This document shows positions 48,184 through 56,617 of a stretch of DNA of 64,000 nt, piece after piece. This DNA comes from a virus, in the IMG/VR virus record IMGVR_UViG_3300038696_000126, positions 7,691 through 71,690 of that record; one strand, 5' to 3'. The notes beneath the pieces were generated by a model. It was given only the letters and a program-made list of their open reading frames with translations, was not told where the DNA came from and did no database searches. Every line of letters begins with the position of its first letter. Within the stretch, counting starts at the first letter, position 1. The translations under genes were made by a program, and so were the position numbers.

Positions 48184-48903
48184 ATGAAATACATGGGAAG
48201 CAAGGCGAGATACTCTAAAGAAATTTTGCCTATAATATTAAAAACCCGAAAGCCTGAACAGCACTACATAGAGCCTTTTGCGGGTGGAATGAATATGATT
48301 GATAAAGTAGAAGGTAACAGGATAGCAAACGACATTAACTATGAGCTTATGCAGATGTGGGAAGCCCTTGTTAATGATGATTGGCTACCTAATAAAATTA
48401 TAAGCAGAGAGTTTTACAACAGCATACGAGCGGACAAAACAAATTATGAACCGTGGCTTGTTGGATGGGTAGGATTTAACTGTAGCTACTCAGGTAAGTA
48501 TTTTGGTGGATATGCAGGACAAGTAAAAACAAAAGATGGAACAATACGAGATTACCAAGCCGAAGCGCATAAGAACATTAAAAAGCAAATACCTAACCTG
48601 AAGGGTGTTGTTTTTACGAATAAAGAATACTGGAACTTACAAATACCACCAAACAGTATTATATATTGCGACCCACCTTACCAAAATACGACTAAATACG
48701 CTACTGATTTTGACCATAATTTGTTTTGGGAGTGGGTTAGAAAAATGAGCAAACAAGGGCATAGCGTTTGGGTAAGCGAATATAACGCACCGAATGACTT
48801 TGAGTGTGTGTGGGAGAAGGAGGCTCGAAGCTCACTTAGCGCAAATGGTACAATAGGAGGAAGCAAAATTTCGGTTGAAAAGCTGTTCTTGTATTGTGGC
48901 TAA
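48184..48903 (+). CDS. Dam-like (D12 class) DNA adenine methyltransferase
   Basis: MKYMGSK, YIEPFAGG, IYCDPPY, VSEY. Confidence 0.9.
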   Translation: MKYMGSKARYSKEILPIILKTRKPEQHYIEPFAGGMNMIDKVEGNRIANDINYELMQMWEALVNDDWLPNKIISREFYNSIRADKTNYEPWLVGWVGFNCSYSGKYFGGYAGQVKTKDGTIRDYQAEAHKNIKKQIPNLKGVVFTNKEYWNLQIPPNSIIYCDPPYQNTTKYATDFDHNLFWEWVRKMSKQGHSVWVSEYNAPNDFECVWEKEARSSLSANGTIGGSKISVEKLFLYCG

Positions 48904-48945
48904 CACAAGAATAAAAACCGTGTTTTCATGGTTTCTTATTTAATG

Positions 48946-49224
48946 TTAGCCTCTTCTTTTTCTACTAGAACCCTTTAACCTTGACTTTTCTTTCCTACCT
49001 CTATTAGCTGATGCTTTTTCCATTGTGGTACTCCCGTCTTTTTGATGGCTAACGTCTAACCCATCACCATTACCCGCTGTACCTTTTTGTCGGTTAATTC
49101 TATTAAGCTCAACCCTTTTCTTTACGTTCTTACGTCTAGCCCCAAACTCCTTATCATATGCTTTTTTCTTAACGTATGATTTGGCGTTGGTGTGGTAGTG
49201 TTTTGCGGTTCTTTTTACTGACAT
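48946..49224 (-). CDS. Small basic HNH-like protein
   Basis: GDGLDVSH...SANRGR, a degenerate beta-beta-alpha pattern. Confidence 0.45.
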   Translation of the reverse strand: MSVKRTAKHYHTNAKSYVKKKAYDKEFGARRKNVKKRVELNRINRQKGTAGNGDGLDVSHQKDGSTTMEKASANRGRKEKSRLKGSSRKRRG

Positions 49225-49225
49225 A

Positions 49226-49612
49226 TTAACTAGCCTTAGACTCGTAAATTTTGGTCTTTTTTATCTCGTCAATTAACTTTTCTGTTTTAGCTAGGCTTTC
49301 TTTAAATTGATTGTTGGTTGTCTTAATGTCGGGGATACCTTCTACTAAAGAGGCTATTCTTTTTGTGGCTTCGTTAGTTTCATTCATTGAGTTCTGAATG
49401 GACACTGCGTTTTTCTCGTAGTTTGTAACCACCTCTAAGAGGCTTTTGGTGTACTCTTGCTGAGTTTCTTTTAAAGCGTCCGTTTGCTTATTGATAAACA
49501 GCTTATTATCATCTAGTATTGCTTTAAACTGTTTTAGAACCAACCACAAGAAAGCCGCTAGTAATCCTAATCCAATGCTATCCTTAATAATCGAATCTAA
49601 TAAATCACCCAT
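49226..49612 (-). CDS. Membrane-anchored coiled-coil protein (holin/antiholin-like)
   Basis: Single N-terminal transmembrane segment plus coiled coil, in the lysis cluster. Confidence 0.5.
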   Translation of the reverse strand: MGDLLDSIIKDSIGLGLLAAFLWLVLKQFKAILDDNKLFINKQTDALKETQQEYTKSLLEVVTNYEKNAVSIQNSMNETNEATKRIASLVEGIPDIKTTNNQFKESLAKTEKLIDEIKKTKIYESKAS

Positions 49613-49613
49613 A

Positions 49614-50270
49614 TTAGAATATCCCTTTTAATAGGCTAATCCAACTAACGGCCTTGCTCCAATTAAACACTAAAAAACTAGCTATAAATCCAATGATAAA
49701 AAATACTATAATGTATTTAATACTGATACGATACCGAACCTTCTTACTTGTGGTTTCTTTATTGGTTTTAATTAAAGTGTTATTCTCTTTAGCAAGGCTA
49801 CTGTAATCGTGTTTAAGGGCTTCTAACGATATTCTTATACTATCCGTTTCTTTTTTAAATACATTGCTTGTAGGGGCTTTATACCAGTCGTATTTAAAGT
49901 AATCCCATATACCTTTTATCGTGATGCTATCTAAACCTGATCTTAAAGTCAGTTCTTGCAGTTTAGCTACATCTACCTCCTGTGGTTTACCCCCTGCCGT
50001 ACCACTAACCGTAGAGGCCAGTATGTTTTCTATGATTGTTATGTATTCCTTCTGAGCAAAGTTATCGTGCGACAGCTTGTTAATAATGCTATCCCGATTT
50101 ACAAAAACATTTTCCTTTTTTATTTCTGTAACATCAATAACTTCTAGGCTTTTTTTACTTCCACCGCAAGATGAAAGAACCATGCAAAACATAAGCATAA
50201 TAAAAAGTAACCATATTACTCTATGCCACGGATTGTCAGGGTTCGGTTGAAAGTTAATTAGTGTAGCCAT
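49614..50270 (-). CDS. Putative unimolecular spanin (lipoprotein with C-terminal TM)
   Basis: Hydrophobic signal ending in LSSC lipobox; C-terminal TM YIIVFFIIGFIASFLVF. Confidence 0.55.
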   Translation of the reverse strand: MATLINFQPNPDNPWHRVIWLLFIMLMFCMVLSSCGGSKKSLEVIDVTEIKKENVFVNRDSIINKLSHDNFAQKEYITIIENILASTVSGTAGGKPQEVDVAKLQELTLRSGLDSITIKGIWDYFKYDWYKAPTSNVFKKETDSIRISLEALKHDYSSLAKENNTLIKTNKETTSKKVRYRISIKYIIVFFIIGFIASFLVFNWSKAVSWISLLKGIF

Positions 50271-50488
50271 TATTTAGCTATGTCTTTTGAAAACCTGCTA
50301 AAAACCTTATTGGCTATTTTTTTACCGTCTATAAAAAGAAGCATAATCCCCAACAAAAACTCACTCACATTTACATATAAATCAGCAACCTTCGGGAAAT
50401 CAAACATATAACAGCTTAAAGCAAAAAGCATTAAAATAATCCCAAAAATAGAGGTTACTTTATCTTTAGAAACATCGGTGGTTAACAT
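50270..50488 (-). CDS. Putative holin
   Basis: 72 aa with two TM segments and a basic C-terminus. Confidence 0.55.
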   Translation of the reverse strand: MLTTDVSKDKVTSIFGIILMLFALSCYMFDFPKVADLYVNVSEFLLGIMLLFIDGKKIANKVFSRFSKDIAK

Positions 50489-50635
50489 GGTATTATTTTA
50501 AATGCAAAGTTACAAAATTGTTATTTTATCGGTATAGGCCAATGGCCTCTTTTGTGCCCTCATCTCGGCTAAAGCGGAGTAGTTCATTCCAAGTAGCGCC
50601 TTGGCTTATGTTGTAGTTTATTACGGTCATGGATT

Positions 50636-53305
50636 TTAAGGTGTTATGCCCGGGTAGGTTACATTTGGCCCGTAAGTGTTTATCCAGTGCAGGCTGTCTG
50701 CCATTTCTTCAAGTAGAGTGTAACCGCTTGCTCCAATAGAAAATGGATTAGCGGGAAGGGTTCTTATGTTTACCGTATCTGGTTGATATAGGGCCCCACC
50801 AACTTCTCCCATATTATTAGGCGGTGGCAACACAGTATTGTTAATCGCTTTTTGCTTTTGTGCAATAACTGCTGCGCTCGGGTAAAAAGAATTTGCTCCT
50901 GCAAAAGTGGTGATGTACTTGCGCGCTAAATAAGCTGGTAAAGTCTGAAGCCCGGGTAACGTATGTGTTGGGTTAAGGGCAATATGGGTTGGTTCTTGCG
51001 CTTCAAATTCTGTAAGCACACCATTAACGTAATTAGAATCGTAATACAACAGACCAGCGTTTTCAAAACCCTTAGGATAAGGTCGCATATAAGAAATTGT
51101 CATAAGGTCTAGGAAGTTGTTCTTAATGGTGGCAATGGGATAACCCCCTTCTAAAGTATCATCTTCGCGAGGTACTCCATAAACGGTAGCTATTCCCTGC
51201 CGCCCGCCAAATCCATAGTTTTCAATTATTAAACCGCTACATTGACTCCCCCATTGTGGCATTCTATCTACGCATCCTACAAAGGCATTCCTGTAAATCA
51301 GTAAGCTATCACCTTCACCTACTGCTTGTTTTAAGTTTAGCAAACCTTTTGGGTGTTTACCCTTTTGATGACCGACCAACACCCCATTTACGACTTCATG
51401 ATAGGCAAGTGGGTCAGCAAATAAACAGTTACTAATGCTTGTGTTGCTGCTTCTTGTTTGCATTAGCTCATCAGTACCATAATTAAAGGTACAATGGTCT
51501 ATTGTTACATAGTTAGCGCCTATTTTCATTACATCACGCTCCCCATACTGTGTCCACCCGGCCGTGTTAATGAAAGCACTTCTTTCTATGCCGGGCAAAG
51601 TATCTGTACCCGCACTATAAGTCATATTTTGGATAATCACATTATCTGCAACAATATCTGTTTCTCGGCTATGTATTCTAAGTGCCGGTGAACCTGTAGG
51701 CACAAATTGCCCAAAAATTGTGAGGTCGCCTTCTGTAATTCGGCTGCTTTCAAAAAAGCTAGTATCAGACGTGCCACCAGCAAACACTACTATTGTTGAG
51801 GGTACGCCATCATTGTTAGCGCTATCAATTGCAGCATTATAACTGCCCACGCCTTCAAAATGGTTATTGGTTACAGTGTATAGTTTAGGCGTTAAGTTAG
51901 AGCCTCTACCACTACCGCCCGTTGCACGATAACCATATCCATCAAAATTTCGGGGCAAGGCTGGTAACGCTACGTTAGCTAATGTGGTATTTAAGTAAAA
52001 TTTTTCTTGCGCAAATAAATCTATGGTATCGTTGAGAGCCTGTATTTCTCCTAGCGCAGCGCTTACTAATTCATAGATACTATTTTTGAGGCTTAAGCTT
52101 GCTGGCCCCACAAAGAACGCGCTTAAAGTATCGGCTAAATAGCTATCTATTGTAATACTTGTAGGCGTTTCGCTTACACTGCTGGCAAAAGTATGTACTT
52201 TTCTAGCGCCTAAAGCAAAACTTCCGGGGTAAGCTTCTGTTTCAGAGGCTATATTTTCTGTTTGAGGAACCGCGCCACCTGAGTTAAAACTGCCTTTGCT
52301 TACCTTATTTTCTACATAAGAATACCACATAAATGGCGAAGCATTTGGGTTTACACTAGCCAACCGGCTAGGCCCACCAACCCCACCAACCCAACTTACC
52401 CCTCTATTTTGTCCTATTATAAATTGTTGTCCAATACTAATTTCTTGTTTTGCGTTGGCTCCAATTTTTGCCTGATAACCATAGGTCAATCCAGTACCCG
52501 AGGTACTTTTGTTAAAGTATAAAGCCCCCATACTATAGTCATTGTAAAAATGGGCTGTGTCCGCTCTTGCGAAAGTATAGCCGTTTTCCAAGTAGCCCGT
52601 ACCCCCAGATGTCCAACCCGCGTAAGGCGCTAAAATTGTCGTGTTTACTTCTTCAAATCTGTGTTCAGTTGGATTCACTAAATTGATTCCAAGTTGCGCT
52701 ATGGTCGTTGTTTTGTCTCCTGCAAATATCCAAAGACCACCGCCTGGAAAATTAGCTAAGCTATCGTAATGACCTCTAGCTATTAGGCTATCTACTACTT
52801 TTCTGTAAATTGCCTGAGTGGTAGCGCTGGGTAATGCTACGTCATTGCTAGACATAAAATCAAGCACTTTATCATAGCCTTGACTTTCAACTACGTCTTT
52901 TTTCTGCGTAAACATAAACGCCTCATCTTCATCTCCATAAAAATAGAGTCTTGCATTCACATTGTTATCGTGCAAACTGTCGCCATCACTGATAATTACG
53001 TTTAACACTTCTGTGTTTACCCATGCCGTTCCGTTATACACCTTAATAACATTTCCTATCGGAGGTGGGGGTGGTGGTTTTACTGTGTCTTTTAATGCTA
53101 TTATCAGGCTATCTAAAGTGTTTTGTGTTTTAAATAACTGGTTGTCTAAAGCTTTTGTTTTTACCGTGTTTTTTGCTATTTCTTTTTCTAAAAGATTAGT
53201 ATAACTCTCTAATACTTTAAACGATTTTTGAGTTGGAACTTCTACGGGTTGAGCCATAGCACCGAAGCTAATAGCTAACGCTAACATTGTTTTTTTTATT
53301 ACCAC
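50636..53305 (-). CDS. Multidomain protein with C-terminal PL1 pectate-lyase-like beta helix (depolymerase-like)
   Basis: FDGYGYRATGG...LYTVTN, TIFGQ, NVIIQNM, IDHCTFNYGTDE, DRMP; N-terminal signal-like peptide. Confidence 0.75.
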   Translation of the reverse strand: MVIKKTMLALAISFGAMAQPVEVPTQKSFKVLESYTNLLEKEIAKNTVKTKALDNQLFKTQNTLDSLIIALKDTVKPPPPPPIGNVIKVYNGTAWVNTEVLNVIISDGDSLHDNNVNARLYFYGDEDEAFMFTQKKDVVESQGYDKVLDFMSSNDVALPSATTQAIYRKVVDSLIARGHYDSLANFPGGGLWIFAGDKTTTIAQLGINLVNPTEHRFEEVNTTILAPYAGWTSGGTGYLENGYTFARADTAHFYNDYSMGALYFNKSTSGTGLTYGYQAKIGANAKQEISIGQQFIIGQNRGVSWVGGVGGPSRLASVNPNASPFMWYSYVENKVSKGSFNSGGAVPQTENIASETEAYPGSFALGARKVHTFASSVSETPTSITIDSYLADTLSAFFVGPASLSLKNSIYELVSAALGEIQALNDTIDLFAQEKFYLNTTLANVALPALPRNFDGYGYRATGGSGRGSNLTPKLYTVTNNHFEGVGSYNAAIDSANNDGVPSTIVVFAGGTSDTSFFESSRITEGDLTIFGQFVPTGSPALRIHSRETDIVADNVIIQNMTYSAGTDTLPGIERSAFINTAGWTQYGERDVMKIGANYVTIDHCTFNYGTDELMQTRSSNTSISNCLFADPLAYHEVVNGVLVGHQKGKHPKGLLNLKQAVGEGDSLLIYRNAFVGCVDRMPQWGSQCSGLIIENYGFGGRQGIATVYGVPREDDTLEGGYPIATIKNNFLDLMTISYMRPYPKGFENAGLLYYDSNYVNGVLTEFEAQEPTHIALNPTHTLPGLQTLPAYLARKYITTFAGANSFYPSAAVIAQKQKAINNTVLPPPNNMGEVGGALYQPDTVNIRTLPANPFSIGASGYTLLEEMADSLHWINTYGPNVTYPGITP

Positions 53306-53847
53306 ATTCTTATTTTAACATCATTTTTATACGTGTACACCCCGCCAAAATAAGGCCGAGCTTCTGATTTATGTAACTTCTTAAAGTTGTAAAAAGTAGC
53401 TGTATCGCCCTCTTTTATGTTTGACTGCATTATATCCCAACCTCGCACTCCGTTACGGTAGTAATATTCCGCTATCTCGTAAGTCGTGTCTTCGGGGTTA
53501 TACCTCCACACCATTCTATGACTATTATCGTGCATCCCGAAACTTGTATTGAGGTCTAAGGTCGGGTTAAACGTACCTCCTATTTTATTCCACCCCTTGT
53601 AGTAAACACCTGCGCCTGTTCCTGCGGGTATTAAGTATCTGCTTTTGTAAGAAAATATGACATGATAATCGTCAACGCTTTGTTTACACTCAAGCAAGTC
53701 TAAGAAATCCCAAACCGACCTGTTTAATACCCTGTGCTTTCCTGCCGAGTACTTTATAGTTATTACCCTAGAACTTAATTCGCTGCAACTTTTTTTCTCA
53801 CAGCTAAGTAGGGTAATTGAAATAAATAAAAGTAATAGTAGTTTCAT
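53299..53847 (-). CDS. Putative lipoprotein
   Basis: MKLLLLLFISITLLSC lipobox. Confidence 0.7.
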   Translation of the reverse strand: MKLLLLLFISITLLSCEKKSCSELSSRVITIKYSAGKHRVLNRSVWDFLDLLECKQSVDDYHVIFSYKSRYLIPAGTGAGVYYKGWNKIGGTFNPTLDLNTSFGMHDNSHRMVWRYNPEDTTYEIAEYYYRNGVRGWDIMQSNIKEGDTATFYNFKKLHKSEARPYFGGVYTYKNDVKIRMW

Positions 53848-53856
53848 GGTTTTAAT

Positions 53857-55161
53857 TTAAAGAGCAGTTCCGTCTGTGTTTACCCATGCCGTTCCGTTAT
53901 ACAAAATTAGTTGTTTTGGGTCTAAAGTTGTATCAAAATATACTTGCCCCGCAGCAGGGCTTGATGGTCTTTGCGCTGTTGTACCGCCTTGATGCACATT
54001 ACGGTTTGTTGCATTCATGCTTGTGCCATCGCTTACTAATATCTGCTCTGCGGTTAATTCAGCGCCATTTGCATCAAAAAAATTAGCAGTGTAATGTACG
54101 TTATTTATACTATCCAATTCCCACCCAACCAAATTTGTGTTGTACAATCTGTGGGTTTTTCTTGCCTTTGTGTATGCCAAATTACCCTCACCATCTGCCA
54201 ACATGATTACATTGCTAATGCTATCATAATTATCATTTTGAGCATCCTTAACGGCATAAGCCAAGGTGGTTATAGGGTTTAGTTCTGAACCTATGTACAC
54301 TGAGTAATTGGAGATAAAAGGGGTGGTAGTTGAAAATGAGCCTACACTTGTTAGAGCTAAACCCCCTAGCCCCTTTATTACCCCATTAACACCATTAGCA
54401 TCTGAAAATGCGCCTAACCCAAATCCAGAATTAGCACTACCTTCTACCATAGTACCTAGCGAAAACATACCAAAAGCAGTATTAGCAGCACCATATTTTA
54501 AATCACTTAAAGCTACCCTACCAAAAGCACTATTTGAGCCACCCATCTCTAGGCTAACTAAAGCCGCGTGTCCAAAAATTGAATTACTTCTATTTTGTGG
54601 TAGTATGTTAAAATAGTATTCTATGGCATTAAGACTATCTACCGTGTAAGTTCGCATATTCCCAAACAACTGAACGCCAAAAGCTGTATTTTCTCGAAAA
54701 ATAGAACTAGGCATGGCGCTATCAAAACCATTAACGGTGTAAATCATATTACGACTTTCATCATTGGTAAAAAGGTTATCTATATTTGGGTTATTTGTAC
54801 CCTGCTTACCAACCATGTACATTGATTGGTTAGCGGTTTTTCCTATTCTTAAACTATCTGAAACATAGATGTCGTTTGTAGTGGCCGCCCCAGCGGCAGT
54901 TACTTGCTGCAAGTTAAAGGAGGTAGCACCACCCACCACTATCGCTCTAACTTGTGCTATGCTTATACTATCAACCACCCCCGTAGCTGCGTTTAAAACT
55001 AAGAATATAGTATCAGTTCCATCGGCTAAAGATGGTAGTAAAACATCACCACTAGATTTAAAACCTCTAGTCCAATCGTATAGGAAAGGGTTAGATGTAT
55101 AGGTCTGTGAAAAAGCTGTAAAACCTATTAAGAATAATGCTGCTAGTATTTTGTTTTTCAT
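53857..55161 (-). CDS. Fibre/adhesin-like protein with signal peptide
   Basis: MKNKILAALFLIGFTAFSQ; NxAFG..AL beta-roll repeats; C-terminal GTTAQRP...YFDTT module. Confidence 0.65.
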   Translation of the reverse strand: MKNKILAALFLIGFTAFSQTYTSNPFLYDWTRGFKSSGDVLLPSLADGTDTIFLVLNAATGVVDSISIAQVRAIVVGGATSFNLQQVTAAGAATTNDIYVSDSLRIGKTANQSMYMVGKQGTNNPNIDNLFTNDESRNMIYTVNGFDSAMPSSIFRENTAFGVQLFGNMRTYTVDSLNAIEYYFNILPQNRSNSIFGHAALVSLEMGGSNSAFGRVALSDLKYGAANTAFGMFSLGTMVEGSANSGFGLGAFSDANGVNGVIKGLGGLALTSVGSFSTTTPFISNYSVYIGSELNPITTLAYAVKDAQNDNYDSISNVIMLADGEGNLAYTKARKTHRLYNTNLVGWELDSINNVHYTANFFDANGAELTAEQILVSDGTSMNATNRNVHQGGTTAQRPSSPAAGQVYFDTTLDPKQLILYNGTAWVNTDGTAL

Positions 55162-55180
55162 GTCGTTATTTTTAATGTTT

Positions 55181-56197
55181 TTAATCTAAAGCACTTCCGT
55201 CAGGTTTGCGCCAAGCACTACCGTTGTAAAGGATTAACCCATTCAACGTAGTGTCGTAGTATATCTCTCCTGCTACGGGAGATGCGGGACGTTGTGCTGT
55301 TGTTCCGCTTTGAGGTACATTTCTATTCTTAGCATCAGTTTTAGTTCCATCGCTTACTAATATCTGCTCTGCGGTTAAAGCTGCTGCGTTACCGTCCGTA
55401 AGGTTTCCGTTTAGTTTTAAGCCTCCAAACAAAGTTAACACTCTATTGCTATCTAATGTTAATGCAGTTCTGTACGTACCGTCTTTTTTAGACTCTATTT
55501 TTAAAAACCCACCTTGGTCGGTAGTGCTAGTGTTTAAAAAACGAGTAGTGCCTAATATGCTGTTTGATGTTTGATTAGCGCCAAAATTTAAGTAGTTACT
55601 AGCTAGGTTTAGTTTATCGCTTAAAGTTAGGCCAGTAGCAGCGTTAAAGGTTGCTTGCGTAACACCATTTGGCTTAATTTGTATTGTAGCCACACTGCTG
55701 AAAGTTGTAAGGGCTAGGGCGCTGCCTAAGTTTGTTATGCTTGCGTCTGAGGCAGTGCCATCAAGAAAAATTGAGGCTCTATTACCTTTTATAAACAAGG
55801 TTGTTACGGGTGGTGAGCCTTGATTAAATATTGTATCTCCATTTAAAGTCATTAGCACATTAGCCCCATCAACATCTGTATAATCAGTGATTGATAGATG
55901 CTTGTCAGTAATTGCATTTACAGTAGCCACATCATCTAGCGTAACATTTGCTCTGACTAAGGTTAATATATTAGCATCTGTTCTACTTAAAGAGCCGCTT
56001 GCCACAGTGTCAATAGTGCCATTTGCGTTTACTACCAAAACTGCATTAGTGGTTGTTCCCGCTAAAGTTCCTATTTTAATACCCCCCGAAAAAACAGCTA
56101 AGTTCTTCCAATCTATAAGGGCGTAGTTGTTGGCGGTTGTGTTTTGCGATAAAGCTGAAAAGCTTATTAGCAATAAAAGTAGTGTTATCTTTTTCAT
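55181..56197 (-). CDS. Fibre-like protein with signal peptide
   Basis: MKKITLLLLLISFSALSQ; same C-terminal GTTAQRP...YYDTT module. Confidence 0.65.
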   Translation of the reverse strand: MKKITLLLLLISFSALSQNTTANNYALIDWKNLAVFSGGIKIGTLAGTTTNAVLVVNANGTIDTVASGSLSRTDANILTLVRANVTLDDVATVNAITDKHLSITDYTDVDGANVLMTLNGDTIFNQGSPPVTTLFIKGNRASIFLDGTASDASITNLGSALALTTFSSVATIQIKPNGVTQATFNAATGLTLSDKLNLASNYLNFGANQTSNSILGTTRFLNTSTTDQGGFLKIESKKDGTYRTALTLDSNRVLTLFGGLKLNGNLTDGNAAALTAEQILVSDGTKTDAKNRNVPQSGTTAQRPASPVAGEIYYDTTLNGLILYNGSAWRKPDGSALD

Positions 56198-56245
56198 ATG
56201 TATAGTTATCATCCTATTTTCACCCATTCGTCTTCTCCACCTTCA

Positions 56246-56617
56246 TTATGGTTTAACAAGTTTTGCGTCTATCCAAAATTGATTAAAGTCAAAGCCCGTA
56301 AATTGAGCTTCTAAAGCTGCGCCCATCTGGATTATAACGGTATCGGTCTTATCCCAAAATGAACTATCTCGATAGTAGATTTTCATCTTGCTAGTTCCTT
56401 GGGCTATTACTGCCTCTACGTAGCTTATCATTCCGCGTTCATCAAGTAGCACCTTCCCTTGCACGGCACCTATTCGCCTAGCTTCTAGCTGCGCCTCTGT
56501 GAAGGTTAGGGTGTAGGTCAAGCCGTCCGCGTTTAAGGTGGCTGTGGCGTACTCTAAACCGCTCGGAATATTAGGGCCAAAAGTGTTCGGTGATATTTCT
56601 ATCTTGTCAACTATCAT
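56246..56617 (-). CDS. Putative tail-fibre assembly protein
   Basis: Directly follows the fibre gene; C-terminal NQFWIDAK. Confidence 0.45.
   Translation of the reverse strand: MIVDKIEISPNTFGPNIPSGLEYATATLNADGLTYTLTFTEAQLEARRIGAVQGKVLLDERGMISYVEAVIAQGTSKMKIYYRDSSFWDKTDTVIIQMGAALEAQFTGFDFNQFWIDAKLVKP

Larger units (their letters stand above)
46012..48950 (+). mobile_element. Integron-like cassette array 6 (7 hairpins, proximal ones decayed)
   Basis: GTTAGGGTGCGTTA 46098 / TAATGCACCCTAAC 46374; GTTAGCATTAGTAC 47405 / GTATTAATGCTAAC 48066; GTTAGCCACAGTAC 48161 / GTATTGTGGCTAAC 48891; empty cassette 47297-47325; terminal site 48902-48947. Confidence 0.85.

Noticed and set aside
11856-48950. Interpreting the recurring intergenic elements as a CRISPR array or as simple terminators
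   Set aside because: The repeats are not identical, the spacers are whole genes and no cas genes are present. Most hairpins lack U-tails, some are translated through, and terminators would not explain the long-range complementarity of cassette ends.
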